64,000 nt of DNA from an uncultured Bacilli bacterium (GTDB taxonomy: Bacteria > Bacillota_I > Bacilli_A > RF39 > UBA660): assembly GCA_947627975.1 (NCBI GenBank), contig CANQYB010000001.1, positions 7,997 to 71,996 on the forward strand. Reading direction: 5' to 3'. A program made the position numbers and the translations under genes. The notes beneath the pieces are model-generated. The model saw nothing but the letters and a program-made list of their open reading frames with translations, did not search any database and was not told the origin of the DNA. Each line of letters begins with the position of its first letter. Positions within the stretch are counted from its first letter, which is position 1. Shown here piece after piece: positions 21,580-29,708 of the stretch.

Positions 21580-21796
21580 AACGATATTTTTGTTTTGTAA
21601 TATTATCAGGACGTTTACTTATATCTTTTTTATCTAAAAAAGAAGATATTGGTCTTGCCCATAATTTATTATCATGTTCATATATTATCATTTCTTCTAA
21701 TGTTTCAGAATTTAATGCTATATCTTTTACCTTTATTTTAAAACCTTTAAAATGTATATAGGTAGCCCCAATTATAACTTTGTCTTTCAAAAACAA
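21548..21796 (-). CDS. small conserved hypothetical protein (DUF1653-like), first ORF after T-box leader
   Basis: 82-aa ORF, probably TTG-initiated, with AGGAGG upstream. Overlaps the HD gene start. Confidence 0.4.
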   Translation of the reverse strand: MFLKDKVIIGATYIHFKGFKIKVKDIALNSETLEEMIIYEHDNKLWARPISSFLDKKDISKRPDNITKQKYRFEIYRGDCNE

Positions 21797-21799
21797 TCC

Positions 21800-22040
21800 T
21801 CCTTATAAAAAAACACCATATTTATTGCTTAAGGAGCAAATAAATGCGGTGCCATCCTTTGTTTTACTTAATTTAGATAACGGAATACTCCGGTAGTAAT
21901 TAACTACTCTTGAAAGTAGATTCATAAATTTCTATTTATTAGTTTTCACCTACCACTAACTCTCTTTTAAAATAAAAATAAACTACTAATCTTTCATTAA
22001 CGATTTCTATTTTTATTATAAAAAAAAATAATAATAATTG
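21800..22040 (-). promoter_or_regulatory. T-box riboswitch leader (serS operon)
   Basis: The minus strand contains AGGATGGCACCGCAT (plus-strand coordinates 21844-21858), matching the T-box core GGGTGGNACCGCG. This overlaps a terminator hairpin caccgcatttatttgc/gcaataaatatggtg followed by a U7 run (plus 21806-21851). The upstream end has AGAGAG plus a GGTGA-like stem I. Confidence 0.55.
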
Positions 22041-22047
22041 CAAGTTA

Positions 22048-22626
22048 TTATTTTTCTATTTCAAATAAATTAGAAAAATATTTTTTTAACTTTTCATTTC
22101 CAATTCTTTTTCTATAACAATTAGCACAAAGGGGAAAATAATTTTTATCCCCTACTTTTATGTCATTATCTTTTTTTCCTTCATAATAAGTATATGATGC
22201 TTCTTTCCCACAATCATAGCAACTTGCCTTAATTATTTCAATTTCATCACTTATAGAAAGAATTTCAGGCATACATAAAAAACCTTTTAAATCACTAGTC
22301 ATATTTAAACCAGCAACATAAATATTTATATCATAAATGAGTGATAAATAACTTAAAATATTAACATTACCCTTTATAAATTGTACTTCATCTATAAATA
22401 TATTTTTTATAGATTCATTAATATATGGCAAAATTTCTTCAAAATTATTTATACATATAGCATTAATACCTTCTTTGTAATCTTTACTTTTTATGATTCC
22501 TAAATCTCTATCATCAATTTTAGGTTTAAAACAAATTATATGTTCCTTATTCCAAATTTTAAAATATTCTCTCAACATTGATGATGATTTTCCACTATGC
22601 ATAGGTCCTGTAAATGTCTTTATCAT
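22048..22626 (-). CDS. tdk: thymidine kinase
   Basis: 'GPMHSGKSS' P-loop and a C-terminal zinc ribbon 'CYDCGKEASYT...CANCY'. Confidence 0.9.
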   Translation of the reverse strand: MIKTFTGPMHSGKSSSMLREYFKIWNKEHIICFKPKIDDRDLGIIKSKDYKEGINAICINNFEEILPYINESIKNIFIDEVQFIKGNVNILSYLSLIYDINIYVAGLNMTSDLKGFLCMPEILSISDEIEIIKASCYDCGKEASYTYYEGKKDNDIKVGDKNYFPLCANCYRKRIGNEKLKKYFSNLFEIEK

Positions 22627-22700
22627 TTTTACTCCTTTTAATTTTTAAATTGTTATTATTTCAACTTATAATCAGTATTAAGATAAAAAAATAAACTAGA

Positions 22701-23165
22701 TTAACTAGTTAAATTTTTCAAAGTACATAATCCATCAGTAGGATCATTACCATCATTACTACCTGCATTTGTATCTACCGAAATATCATTTTTATTATTA
22801 CCAGAAGCTAAATATTTATTATTACTATTTTTGATTTTTATTTCAGAAATAGTTCCATTTTCATCAAAACTTATATATCCACTATAACCACTTTTTTCAT
22901 CAATATAATTATACTTTTGTAATTGGTCAAAACTAATTTTACATGAACTAGAAACATCAGAAACAGCATAAGCATTTTCAGCTGCTGATGCAATTGAAGC
23001 TACTTCATCTTTAAATGCATCTCTTCTTGCTTTATTCATTATATTTAAAACACTTGGTAGAGCAATTAAAATTAATACTGATAATATTACGATTACAGCT
23101 AGCAATTCTATTAATGTAAATCCTTTTTTATTCTTTTTTAAATCAAACATTTTAGTCCTCCTCAT
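22701..23165 (-). CDS. type IV prepilin-like protein (N-terminal cleavage/methylation domain), paralog 1
   Basis: Basic leader ending in Gly, then FTLIELLAVIVIL with Glu at +5: '...KKNKKG|FTLIELLAVIVILSVL'. The alpha-beta pilin body is similar to the 63585..64000 product. Confidence 0.7.
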   Translation of the reverse strand: MRRTKMFDLKKNKKGFTLIELLAVIVILSVLILIALPSVLNIMNKARRDAFKDEVASIASAAENAYAVSDVSSSCKISFDQLQKYNYIDEKSGYSGYISFDENGTISEIKIKNSNNKYLASGNNKNDISVDTNAGSNDGNDPTDGLCTLKNLTS

Positions 23166-23213
23166 TATCTGTAATAATTATAACATTTAGTAATTTCATA
23201 TGCAAGAAAAAAA

Positions 23214-24584
23214 TTAAAAGATTAAATTTTTTTTAACATGATCTATTACCTCATCAACAGTCATCTTATTTTGTTCCATTGTATCACGATTTCTTAAAGT
23301 AACAGTATTTTTTTCCATTGTTTCATCGTCAATTGTTATTGCATATGGAGTTCCAATAGCATCTGCTCTTCTATATCTTTTTCCTATGGATCCTGATTCA
23401 TCATAATCACACATGAAATATTTAGACAATTCTTGATAAATTTCTTTTGCTTTTTCAGAATGATATTTTTTAATTAAAGGAAATACTGAAATTTTAATTG
23501 GTGCAATAAAAGGCAAAAATTTCATAACTTCTCTTGTTGTTCCATCTTCTAATGTTTCATAATGATGACAATTAAATAAAAGAGCTAAACATGTTCTATC
23601 TAAGCCATATGTTGATTCAATAACATATGGTATAAATTTTTCATTTGTCTCAGGATCTAAATATTCCATTGACTTATTGGAAAATTCTTGATGTTTATTT
23701 AAATCATAATTTGTACGATTATGAGTTCCATTTATTTCTCCCCAGCCAAAAGGAAATTTATATTCAATATCACAAGCAGACTTGGCATAAAAAGCTAATT
23801 TTTCATGATCATGAAACCTTAAATTTTCTTCTTTTATTCCCAAATCTATAAAAAATTGTTTGCCATAATTTTTAAAATATTCATATAATTTTGTATCTTG
23901 TCCTTCTTTACAAAATGTTTGATATTCCATTTGTTCAAATTCTATTGTTCTAAATATAAAATTACCTGGAGTTATTTCATTTCGAAAAGCTTTTCCAATT
24001 TGACCAATACTAAAAGGTAATTTACATCTCATTGTTCTTTGAACATTTAAAAAATTAACATATTCCCCTTGAGCATTTTCTGGTCGTAAATAAACTATAT
24101 TTTTTGAATCACTAGTTACTCCTCTAAAAGTTTGAAACATTAAATTAAATTCTCTTATATCTGTAAAATTTGTTTTTCCACATTTTGGACATTTTATATT
24201 ATTTTCTTTTATATATTTACTTTTTTCTTCATTAGACATTGCATCTCCAATTGAAGAATTACTAAATTCATTAATTAAATTATCTGCACGATATCTTGTT
24301 TTACAATCTTTGCAATCTAACAGTGGATCGGAAAAAGACGATACATGTCCACTTGCTTCCCAAACTTTTGGATGCATTAAAATATCAGCGTCAAGTTCAT
24401 ATGAATTTTCTCTTTCTTGAATAAACCTTTTTCGCCAAGCATCTTTTATATTATTTTTTAATCTACATCCAAGTGGTCCATAATCCCATGTGTTAGCAAG
24501 ACCGTCATATATTTCACTTCCTTGAAATATAAATCCATATTGTTTACAAAAATTAACCAAATCATCCATTTTAAAATCTTTCAT
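23214..24584 (-). CDS. glyQS: glycine--tRNA ligase, alpha2 homodimeric type
   Basis: 456 aa with class II motifs and an anticodon-binding C-terminus. Preceded by a T-box leader. Confidence 0.9.
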   Translation of the reverse strand: MKDFKMDDLVNFCKQYGFIFQGSEIYDGLANTWDYGPLGCRLKNNIKDAWRKRFIQERENSYELDADILMHPKVWEASGHVSSFSDPLLDCKDCKTRYRADNLINEFSNSSIGDAMSNEEKSKYIKENNIKCPKCGKTNFTDIREFNLMFQTFRGVTSDSKNIVYLRPENAQGEYVNFLNVQRTMRCKLPFSIGQIGKAFRNEITPGNFIFRTIEFEQMEYQTFCKEGQDTKLYEYFKNYGKQFFIDLGIKEENLRFHDHEKLAFYAKSACDIEYKFPFGWGEINGTHNRTNYDLNKHQEFSNKSMEYLDPETNEKFIPYVIESTYGLDRTCLALLFNCHHYETLEDGTTREVMKFLPFIAPIKISVFPLIKKYHSEKAKEIYQELSKYFMCDYDESGSIGKRYRRADAIGTPYAITIDDETMEKNTVTLRNRDTMEQNKMTVDEVIDHVKKNLIF

Positions 24585-24600
24585 TTTTATCCTTCTTTCT

Positions 24601-24744
24601 AAAAAAAATGACCCTTATTTTATTATAGGGACGAAAAATCTCCGCGGTTCCACCCTATTTACTCTAAAATAAGAATCACTTTAAAATATATAGCTCTTGG
24701 TTTTCCAACACCCGTCAACACTTATTTAATATATTATAACTTAT
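24601..24744 (-). promoter_or_regulatory. T-box riboswitch leader (glyQS)
   Basis: The minus strand contains AATAGGGTGGAACCGCGGAG (plus-strand 24641-24660), a near-perfect T-box consensus. It is followed by a short hairpin and a U8 run (plus 24601-24632), then the RBS AGGA before the glyQS ATG. A GGA-containing stem I candidate lies upstream. Confidence 0.7.
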
Positions 24745-25479
24745 TTATTTTAAGTTAACAATATTTTTTAAAAATTTTTTTGATTTAATATATAAACCTG
24801 TATAATCATCATACATTTCATTTAATATATTATCTATTTCCAATTTTACATTTTCAGAAATATCTAATTTAGTAATAGAATTAATATTTACATAATAATA
24901 ATTTCTTATCATTTTTATTGTTTTTATATTAGTAGTAATATTTGATTTATTACAGTTTTCACAAATAAATCCACCATCAGAAACGGATATTGCTATAATA
25001 TTTTCTTTATTTCCACATTTATTACAACAATCTAAATTAAGACTAATTCCTAAAAAATCTAAATATTTAATTTCAATAATATTTTTTATAATTAGAGGAT
25101 CTAATCCAAAATTAATTTTATTAAGTGCAGAAATAAGCAATTCAAAAGCTAACGGACTTTGACACTGTTTTTCTACTTCAAAGGTAAGTTCAACTAAATA
25201 ATTTAAATAACTAATTAATTCTAAACTATTATATATGTTTTCAAAATTATCAATAACATCAACAGTAGTTAAGGTAGAAATTTTATCTTCTTTATAATAA
25301 GTATAAAAATATCCATAAGTAAACTTATTTGTTTTACCCTTTAACGTACTTTTAATATTTTTTGATCCTCTTGCCATCAAAGATATAATTTTTCCCTCTT
25401 CTGTTAATACATTTAGTATTTGAGAAGTTTCTTTAAATGGCGTAGTTGAAACAACTATTCCTCTTATTTTTTTTATCAT
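24745..25479 (-). CDS. recO: DNA repair protein RecO
   Basis: OB-fold N-terminus and a zinc-binding 'CNKCGNKEN...CENCNKSN' motif. 244 aa. Confidence 0.85.
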   Translation of the reverse strand: MIKKIRGIVVSTTPFKETSQILNVLTEEGKIISLMARGSKNIKSTLKGKTNKFTYGYFYTYYKEDKISTLTTVDVIDNFENIYNSLELISYLNYLVELTFEVEKQCQSPLAFELLISALNKINFGLDPLIIKNIIEIKYLDFLGISLNLDCCNKCGNKENIIAISVSDGGFICENCNKSNITTNIKTIKMIRNYYYVNINSITKLDISENVKLEIDNILNEMYDDYTGLYIKSKKFLKNIVNLK

Positions 25480-25559
25480 TATTTTCCACTTCTTTTATAT
25501 TTTAAATAATATTCTATTTTACCTGTTTTTTTAAATAATTCCCAGTATTTATCTTTCAT
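25479..25559 (-). CDS. small basic protein (YqzL-like), translationally coupled to recO
   Basis: 26-aa ORF 'MKDKYWELFKKTGKIEYYLKYKRSGK' with a perfect RBS GAGGAGG 6 nt upstream. Its stop overlaps the recO start (TAATG). Occupies the position of yqzL between era and recO. Confidence 0.45.
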   Translation of the reverse strand: MKDKYWELFKKTGKIEYYLKYKRSGK

Positions 25560-25602
25560 TAATTTCCTCCTCTATATATATACTGAGAATTTTTTTAATT
25601 TT

Positions 25603-26487
25603 TTATTCAAAATTCTTAAAACCTAAATCATTTAAATATTTATCTTTATCAAGCCAATTTTTAATCGTTTTAACATGTAATTCTAAAAAAACTTTTTTTT
25701 CTAGCATTTTTTCTATTTCTTCTCTAGCACTAATTCCAACTTCTTTTAAGCGTAAACCTCTTTTACCAATAACTATCTTTTTTATTGAATCTCTATCAAC
25801 AATTATATCAACTCCACAATTTACAATGTCTTTTTTTTCTTCAAAATAAGTAGTTATACAAGTTATTTTATGAGGTAATTCTTGTTCTAAAACATTTAAT
25901 AATTTTTCTCTTACAAATTCAGAAATCATAAAATTAATACTATTAGTGGTATATAAATCATCTTCAAAATATTTAATATTATCAGTTAAATATTTTTTTA
26001 TAACTTCTAATAATCTTTCAATATTATCATTTTCTTTGGCACTTATAGGTACTATTTCCGAAAATGAAAATAAATTTTTATACTCATCTATTTTTAAAAG
26101 AATAACTTCTTTACTTATCTTATCAATTTTATTTATTGCAAGAATTACAGGTACTTCCGTATTTTGCAATGCATTAAGCATAAATTTATCTCCAGGACCA
26201 ATTTTTTCTGATCCATCTACAACTAAAATTATTGCATCTACATCATTTAGTAATGATAAAGCTTCTTTATTTAAAATTTTTCCAAGCTTGTTTTTGGGAG
26301 ATGAAATGCCAGGGGAATCTACAAATACAATTTGATAATTATCTTCATTATAAATTCCTTGAATAATATTTCTAGTAGTATTTGGTTTTGAAGATGTAAT
26401 TGCTACTTTTTTTTGTAAAATAGAATCTAATAATGTACTTTTTCCTGTGTTTGCTCTTCCTACAATAGAAACAAATCCACTTTTCAT
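25603..26487 (-). CDS. era: GTPase Era
   Basis: 'GRANTGKSTLLD' G1 motif, 'DSPG' motif, and a C-terminal KH domain. Confidence 0.95.
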   Translation of the reverse strand: MKSGFVSIVGRANTGKSTLLDSILQKKVAITSSKPNTTRNIIQGIYNEDNYQIVFVDSPGISSPKNKLGKILNKEALSLLNDVDAIILVVDGSEKIGPGDKFMLNALQNTEVPVILAINKIDKISKEVILLKIDEYKNLFSFSEIVPISAKENDNIERLLEVIKKYLTDNIKYFEDDLYTTNSINFMISEFVREKLLNVLEQELPHKITCITTYFEEKKDIVNCGVDIIVDRDSIKKIVIGKRGLRLKEVGISAREEIEKMLEKKVFLELHVKTIKNWLDKDKYLNDLGFKNFE

Positions 26488-26544
26488 AAGTTACCTCCTA
26501 ATAATATATTATTATATTTTTTTTGAATTTAAAAGATTTTTCAT

Positions 26545-26940
26545 TTAAAATAATTTTAAAAAATAAGGCAAAAATATTATTAAACCAATTATTCCACTAC
26601 CAATTGAGGTAATTAATACTGCAGAAGAAGACAAGTCTTTAGCAATTTTAGCTAAAGGACAAATTTTATCAGTTACAAGATCAATTGCTGCTTCTATTGA
26701 AGAATTTATAAATTCAAAAGCAAAAACAATAGAAATTGATAAAATAATTATTATCCATTCTAAACTAGTTATAGAAAATATAAATCCCAAAATTACTACA
26801 GCTATGGCAATAAAAGTATGTATTAAAATATTTTGTTCTTGTTTATATGCACTTAATATCCCTGAAAAAGCATATTTAAAACTATTTATTAATCTTTTTA
26901 TTCCATATTTTTTATGCTTATCTCTATCAAATTTTTTCAT
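26545..26940 (-). CDS. dgkA: diacylglycerol kinase / undecaprenol kinase family
   Basis: 131 aa with 3 TM helices and the DgkA signature 'EAAIDLVTDKICPLAKIAKDL'. Confidence 0.8.
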   Translation of the reverse strand: MKKFDRDKHKKYGIKRLINSFKYAFSGILSAYKQEQNILIHTFIAIAVVILGFIFSITSLEWIIIILSISIVFAFEFINSSIEAAIDLVTDKICPLAKIAKDLSSSAVLITSIGSGIIGLIIFLPYFLKLF

Positions 26941-27436
26941 CTAACAATTTCCTTTGCAAATCAAACATTATTTTTTCATCTTCTTTATTTTCATGATTGT
27001 ATCCAAGTAAATGTAAAAGACCATGAATTGCTAAAAAAGATAATTCTCTTTTTATGCTGTGACCATAATCTTTTGCTTGTCTTTCCATTTGGGGAATTGA
27101 AATATAAATATCACCAAGAACTCTTACATTTTTATTATTTATATTAGCTTCATCTTCAAAAGCAAATGAAATAACATCTGTAACTTTATCTATTTTACGA
27201 TAAATTTTATTAATTTGTTTAATCTCATCATCATCTATTAAAATTATGGAAAAAATAGAATTTTTAATTTTTAAATATTCTAAACTTTTATTTATTGCCT
27301 TTTTTAAAAATATATATTTTTTTTTATTATAAGTATTTACAATATTATAATCATTCATATAATTAAACCTCTTACTAAAAAAATTAAACAAATAATTGTT
27401 TAATTTCATTATATTATAAAATAAAAATTTTTGCAT
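26927..27436 (-). CDS. ybeY: rRNA maturation endoribonuclease YbeY
   Basis: Metal-binding 'HGLLHLLGYNH' motif. 169 aa. Confidence 0.9.
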   Translation of the reverse strand: MQKFLFYNIMKLNNYLFNFFSKRFNYMNDYNIVNTYNKKKYIFLKKAINKSLEYLKIKNSIFSIILIDDDEIKQINKIYRKIDKVTDVISFAFEDEANINNKNVRVLGDIYISIPQMERQAKDYGHSIKRELSFLAIHGLLHLLGYNHENKEDEKIMFDLQRKLLDEKI

Positions 27437-28605
27437 TAATTTATTTTTGGGGAAATATTTTTAGTATATGTTTGTTGTTGACCAATTTTTTTATAAACTG
27501 ATAAAAATACTTCAGCCTCAATTGTATTTTTATTTCTTACCTTTTTTAGTATTTTTTGTTTTTCAATGTACTCATAATCTTTTAAATTTTTAGTAAATTT
27601 ATTTTTTATATTTAAATAAATCATTTTATCTTCTTCATTTTTACTTATAGTTTTTTTTATTTTTTCTTCTTTTTTTAAAATTTGAAAATAAAATTTAGTA
27701 TTAAAAAAATGAAACAAATAAATATTTTTCACACTAAAATTTTTGAATTTATTTTTAAATATTATATATTCCTTATCTAAAGTTTTTAATTTTAAATTAT
27801 ATCTTTTTTTATTAGTTTGTTTTTTTTCAATATAATTAACAGGAATTTTGACATAGGCAGTATACCAAACTGTAGCATATACTTCTCCACTTGCACACAC
27901 ATCGCTTTTAACTTCTTCATCTTTTTTAATTTCTCCACTAATAATTATGTCACCTTTTTTTACATAATCATTTATATCTTTTATTTTTATTCCCTTTATA
28001 GCTCTTACATTTTTAATAAGTCCATCTTTATTTGCTACTATATTACAATATTTTTCTTTTTCTTCATTTTTTTTATTAATTATTCTTTTTTCAACATGAA
28101 CTATTAATTTCATACCTTTTTTTTCAAATTCAATCCATTCTAAAGTATCTTCATGTTTATCTAAAATTTCTTTTTTAATTTTTTCTTTTATTTTATAAGA
28201 TTTATTAAAAGTTAATTTTCTTATTCCATAATTATCTAATTCGTTATATAATAAATTTCTAATAAATTTATCACTTGAATATATATCTACTGATATAATT
28301 ATATTTGAAAGAACAAATAATAAAATTATTCCAGCTAAAATAGTAATCAAAAACAATTTATTTTTTATAATAATTTCTTTTATTTTATAAAATCCAAGTT
28401 GTGAATCAATTTTACATTTAAATAATTTATTTATTTTCTTAAAATCACTTTTTAATATGGTTAAATATATTTTATTATTATTTATAGTTAAGTTTTGGTA
28501 ATTAATATTTTTTTTTATTAAAAAATTTATAAAATATCTATAATCTTTTTCATATACAATAATTTTAACTTTAGAAATTTTTATATCATTAATTATATTT
28601 TTCAT
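27436..28605 (-). CDS. yqfD: sporulation protein YqfD
   Basis: 389 aa with a central TM segment and Lys-rich ends. Occupies the yqfD position in the yqfC-yqfD-...-ybeY-dgkA-era-recO operon. Confidence 0.6.
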   Translation of the reverse strand: MKNIINDIKISKVKIIVYEKDYRYFINFLIKKNINYQNLTINNNKIYLTILKSDFKKINKLFKCKIDSQLGFYKIKEIIIKNKLFLITILAGIILLFVLSNIIISVDIYSSDKFIRNLLYNELDNYGIRKLTFNKSYKIKEKIKKEILDKHEDTLEWIEFEKKGMKLIVHVEKRIINKKNEEKEKYCNIVANKDGLIKNVRAIKGIKIKDINDYVKKGDIIISGEIKKDEEVKSDVCASGEVYATVWYTAYVKIPVNYIEKKQTNKKRYNLKLKTLDKEYIIFKNKFKNFSVKNIYLFHFFNTKFYFQILKKEEKIKKTISKNEEDKMIYLNIKNKFTKNLKDYEYIEKQKILKKVRNKNTIEAEVFLSVYKKIGQQQTYTKNISPKIN

Positions 28606-28852
28606 ATAAGAAATTTATGTTATTAAAAATTCCTCTAATAACAAGTTCTCCTTCTTGCATATTAATAATTTTTAAATTTTCACCATTAATTTCCAAGTTA
28701 AAATTTGCAAATTTTAAAGATATTAACTTACTTGTAAAATTTAAAATGTCTTTATAATTATTAACATATATATTATTATCATAAATTGAAATAAAATAAT
28801 TTTGATCATATAAAAACGTTTTTAAATTTTCAAATATATTCAAATTAATCAC
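28589..28852 (-). CDS. yqfC: sporulation protein YqfC
   Basis: 87-aa protein upstream of and overlapping yqfD, with a 'GENLKIINMQEGELVIRG' beta-rich core typical of YqfC. Confidence 0.6.
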   Translation of the reverse strand: MINLNIFENLKTFLYDQNYFISIYDNNIYVNNYKDILNFTSKLISLKFANFNLEINGENLKIINMQEGELVIRGIFNNINFLYEKYN

Positions 28853-29131
28853 CTAATAATTATATGGCTTAAAAAAAATAAAAATTCTTTTATTTATGTT
28901 TCTTTATTTTTTTATTTATTTTTAATTTTGATAAATTTATTGAAGTAGATGATACATTTTCAATCATTTTATTTATAATATAATCTATTCTAAACATTTT
29001 TTCCTCTTTTCTTTTGTTAAAAATTAACATATTTTTTTACAAATATCTATAGTATCGACATAAGTTTTCATTTTTTTTGAAATTTAAAAAAAAATTTATT
29101 TTAAATTTTTTAATTATATTATATAATTAAA

Positions 29132-29707
29132 TTGGTGATATTTGTGTTATATCCAAACAATATAAAAAAAGAATTTAAAAAAGAAATATCTCATAAAAAT
29201 AGAGGAATGGATTTAGAAAAATTAATAAATGAAAGTAATAAATATTATCTTCAAAATGACATAGCTATAATTTATAAAAAGCCAACTCCAATTGGAATAA
29301 CAAAAGTTATCTATCAAAATAATAAACAAATTATAAAAAATGGTTATTTTGAAAGTAAATCAACTCTTGACTATAATGGAATTTATAAAGGAAAATATAT
29401 AGATTTTGATGCTAAAGTTACAATTAATAAAACATCATTTCCTTTAAATAATATCCATCCTCACCAATTTGAACATATTGAAAATATTATAAGACATGGA
29501 GGGATTTCATTTTTAATAATAAAAATGAATTTAAACTACTATTTATTAGATGGACAGAAGTTACTAGATTTTAAAAATACAACTAAAAGAAAATCTATTC
29601 CATTTGATTTCATAGAAAAAAACTGTAAAAAAATAAAAGAAGGATATAATCCTCCTTTAGATTATTTACAAGTTGTTAAGGAAAACTATTTTAAGGAGAG
29701 TGTTTAA
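29132..29707 (+). CDS. recU: Holliday junction resolvase RecU
   Basis: 191 aa with 'DYNGIYKGKYIDFDAK' and 'FLII' core nuclease motifs. Canonical recU-ponA pairing. Confidence 0.8.
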   Translation: MVIFVLYPNNIKKEFKKEISHKNRGMDLEKLINESNKYYLQNDIAIIYKKPTPIGITKVIYQNNKQIIKNGYFESKSTLDYNGIYKGKYIDFDAKVTINKTSFPLNNIHPHQFEHIENIIRHGGISFLIIKMNLNYYLLDGQKLLDFKNTTKRKSIPFDFIEKNCKKIKEGYNPPLDYLQVVKENYFKESV

Positions 29708-29708
29708 A

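Noticed and set aside
28853-29131. Long AT-rich divergent intergenic region between yqfC and recU, scanned for ncRNA or extra genes
   Set aside because: No conserved motif, stable structure or RBS-led ORF recognised. Likely just two divergent promoters.
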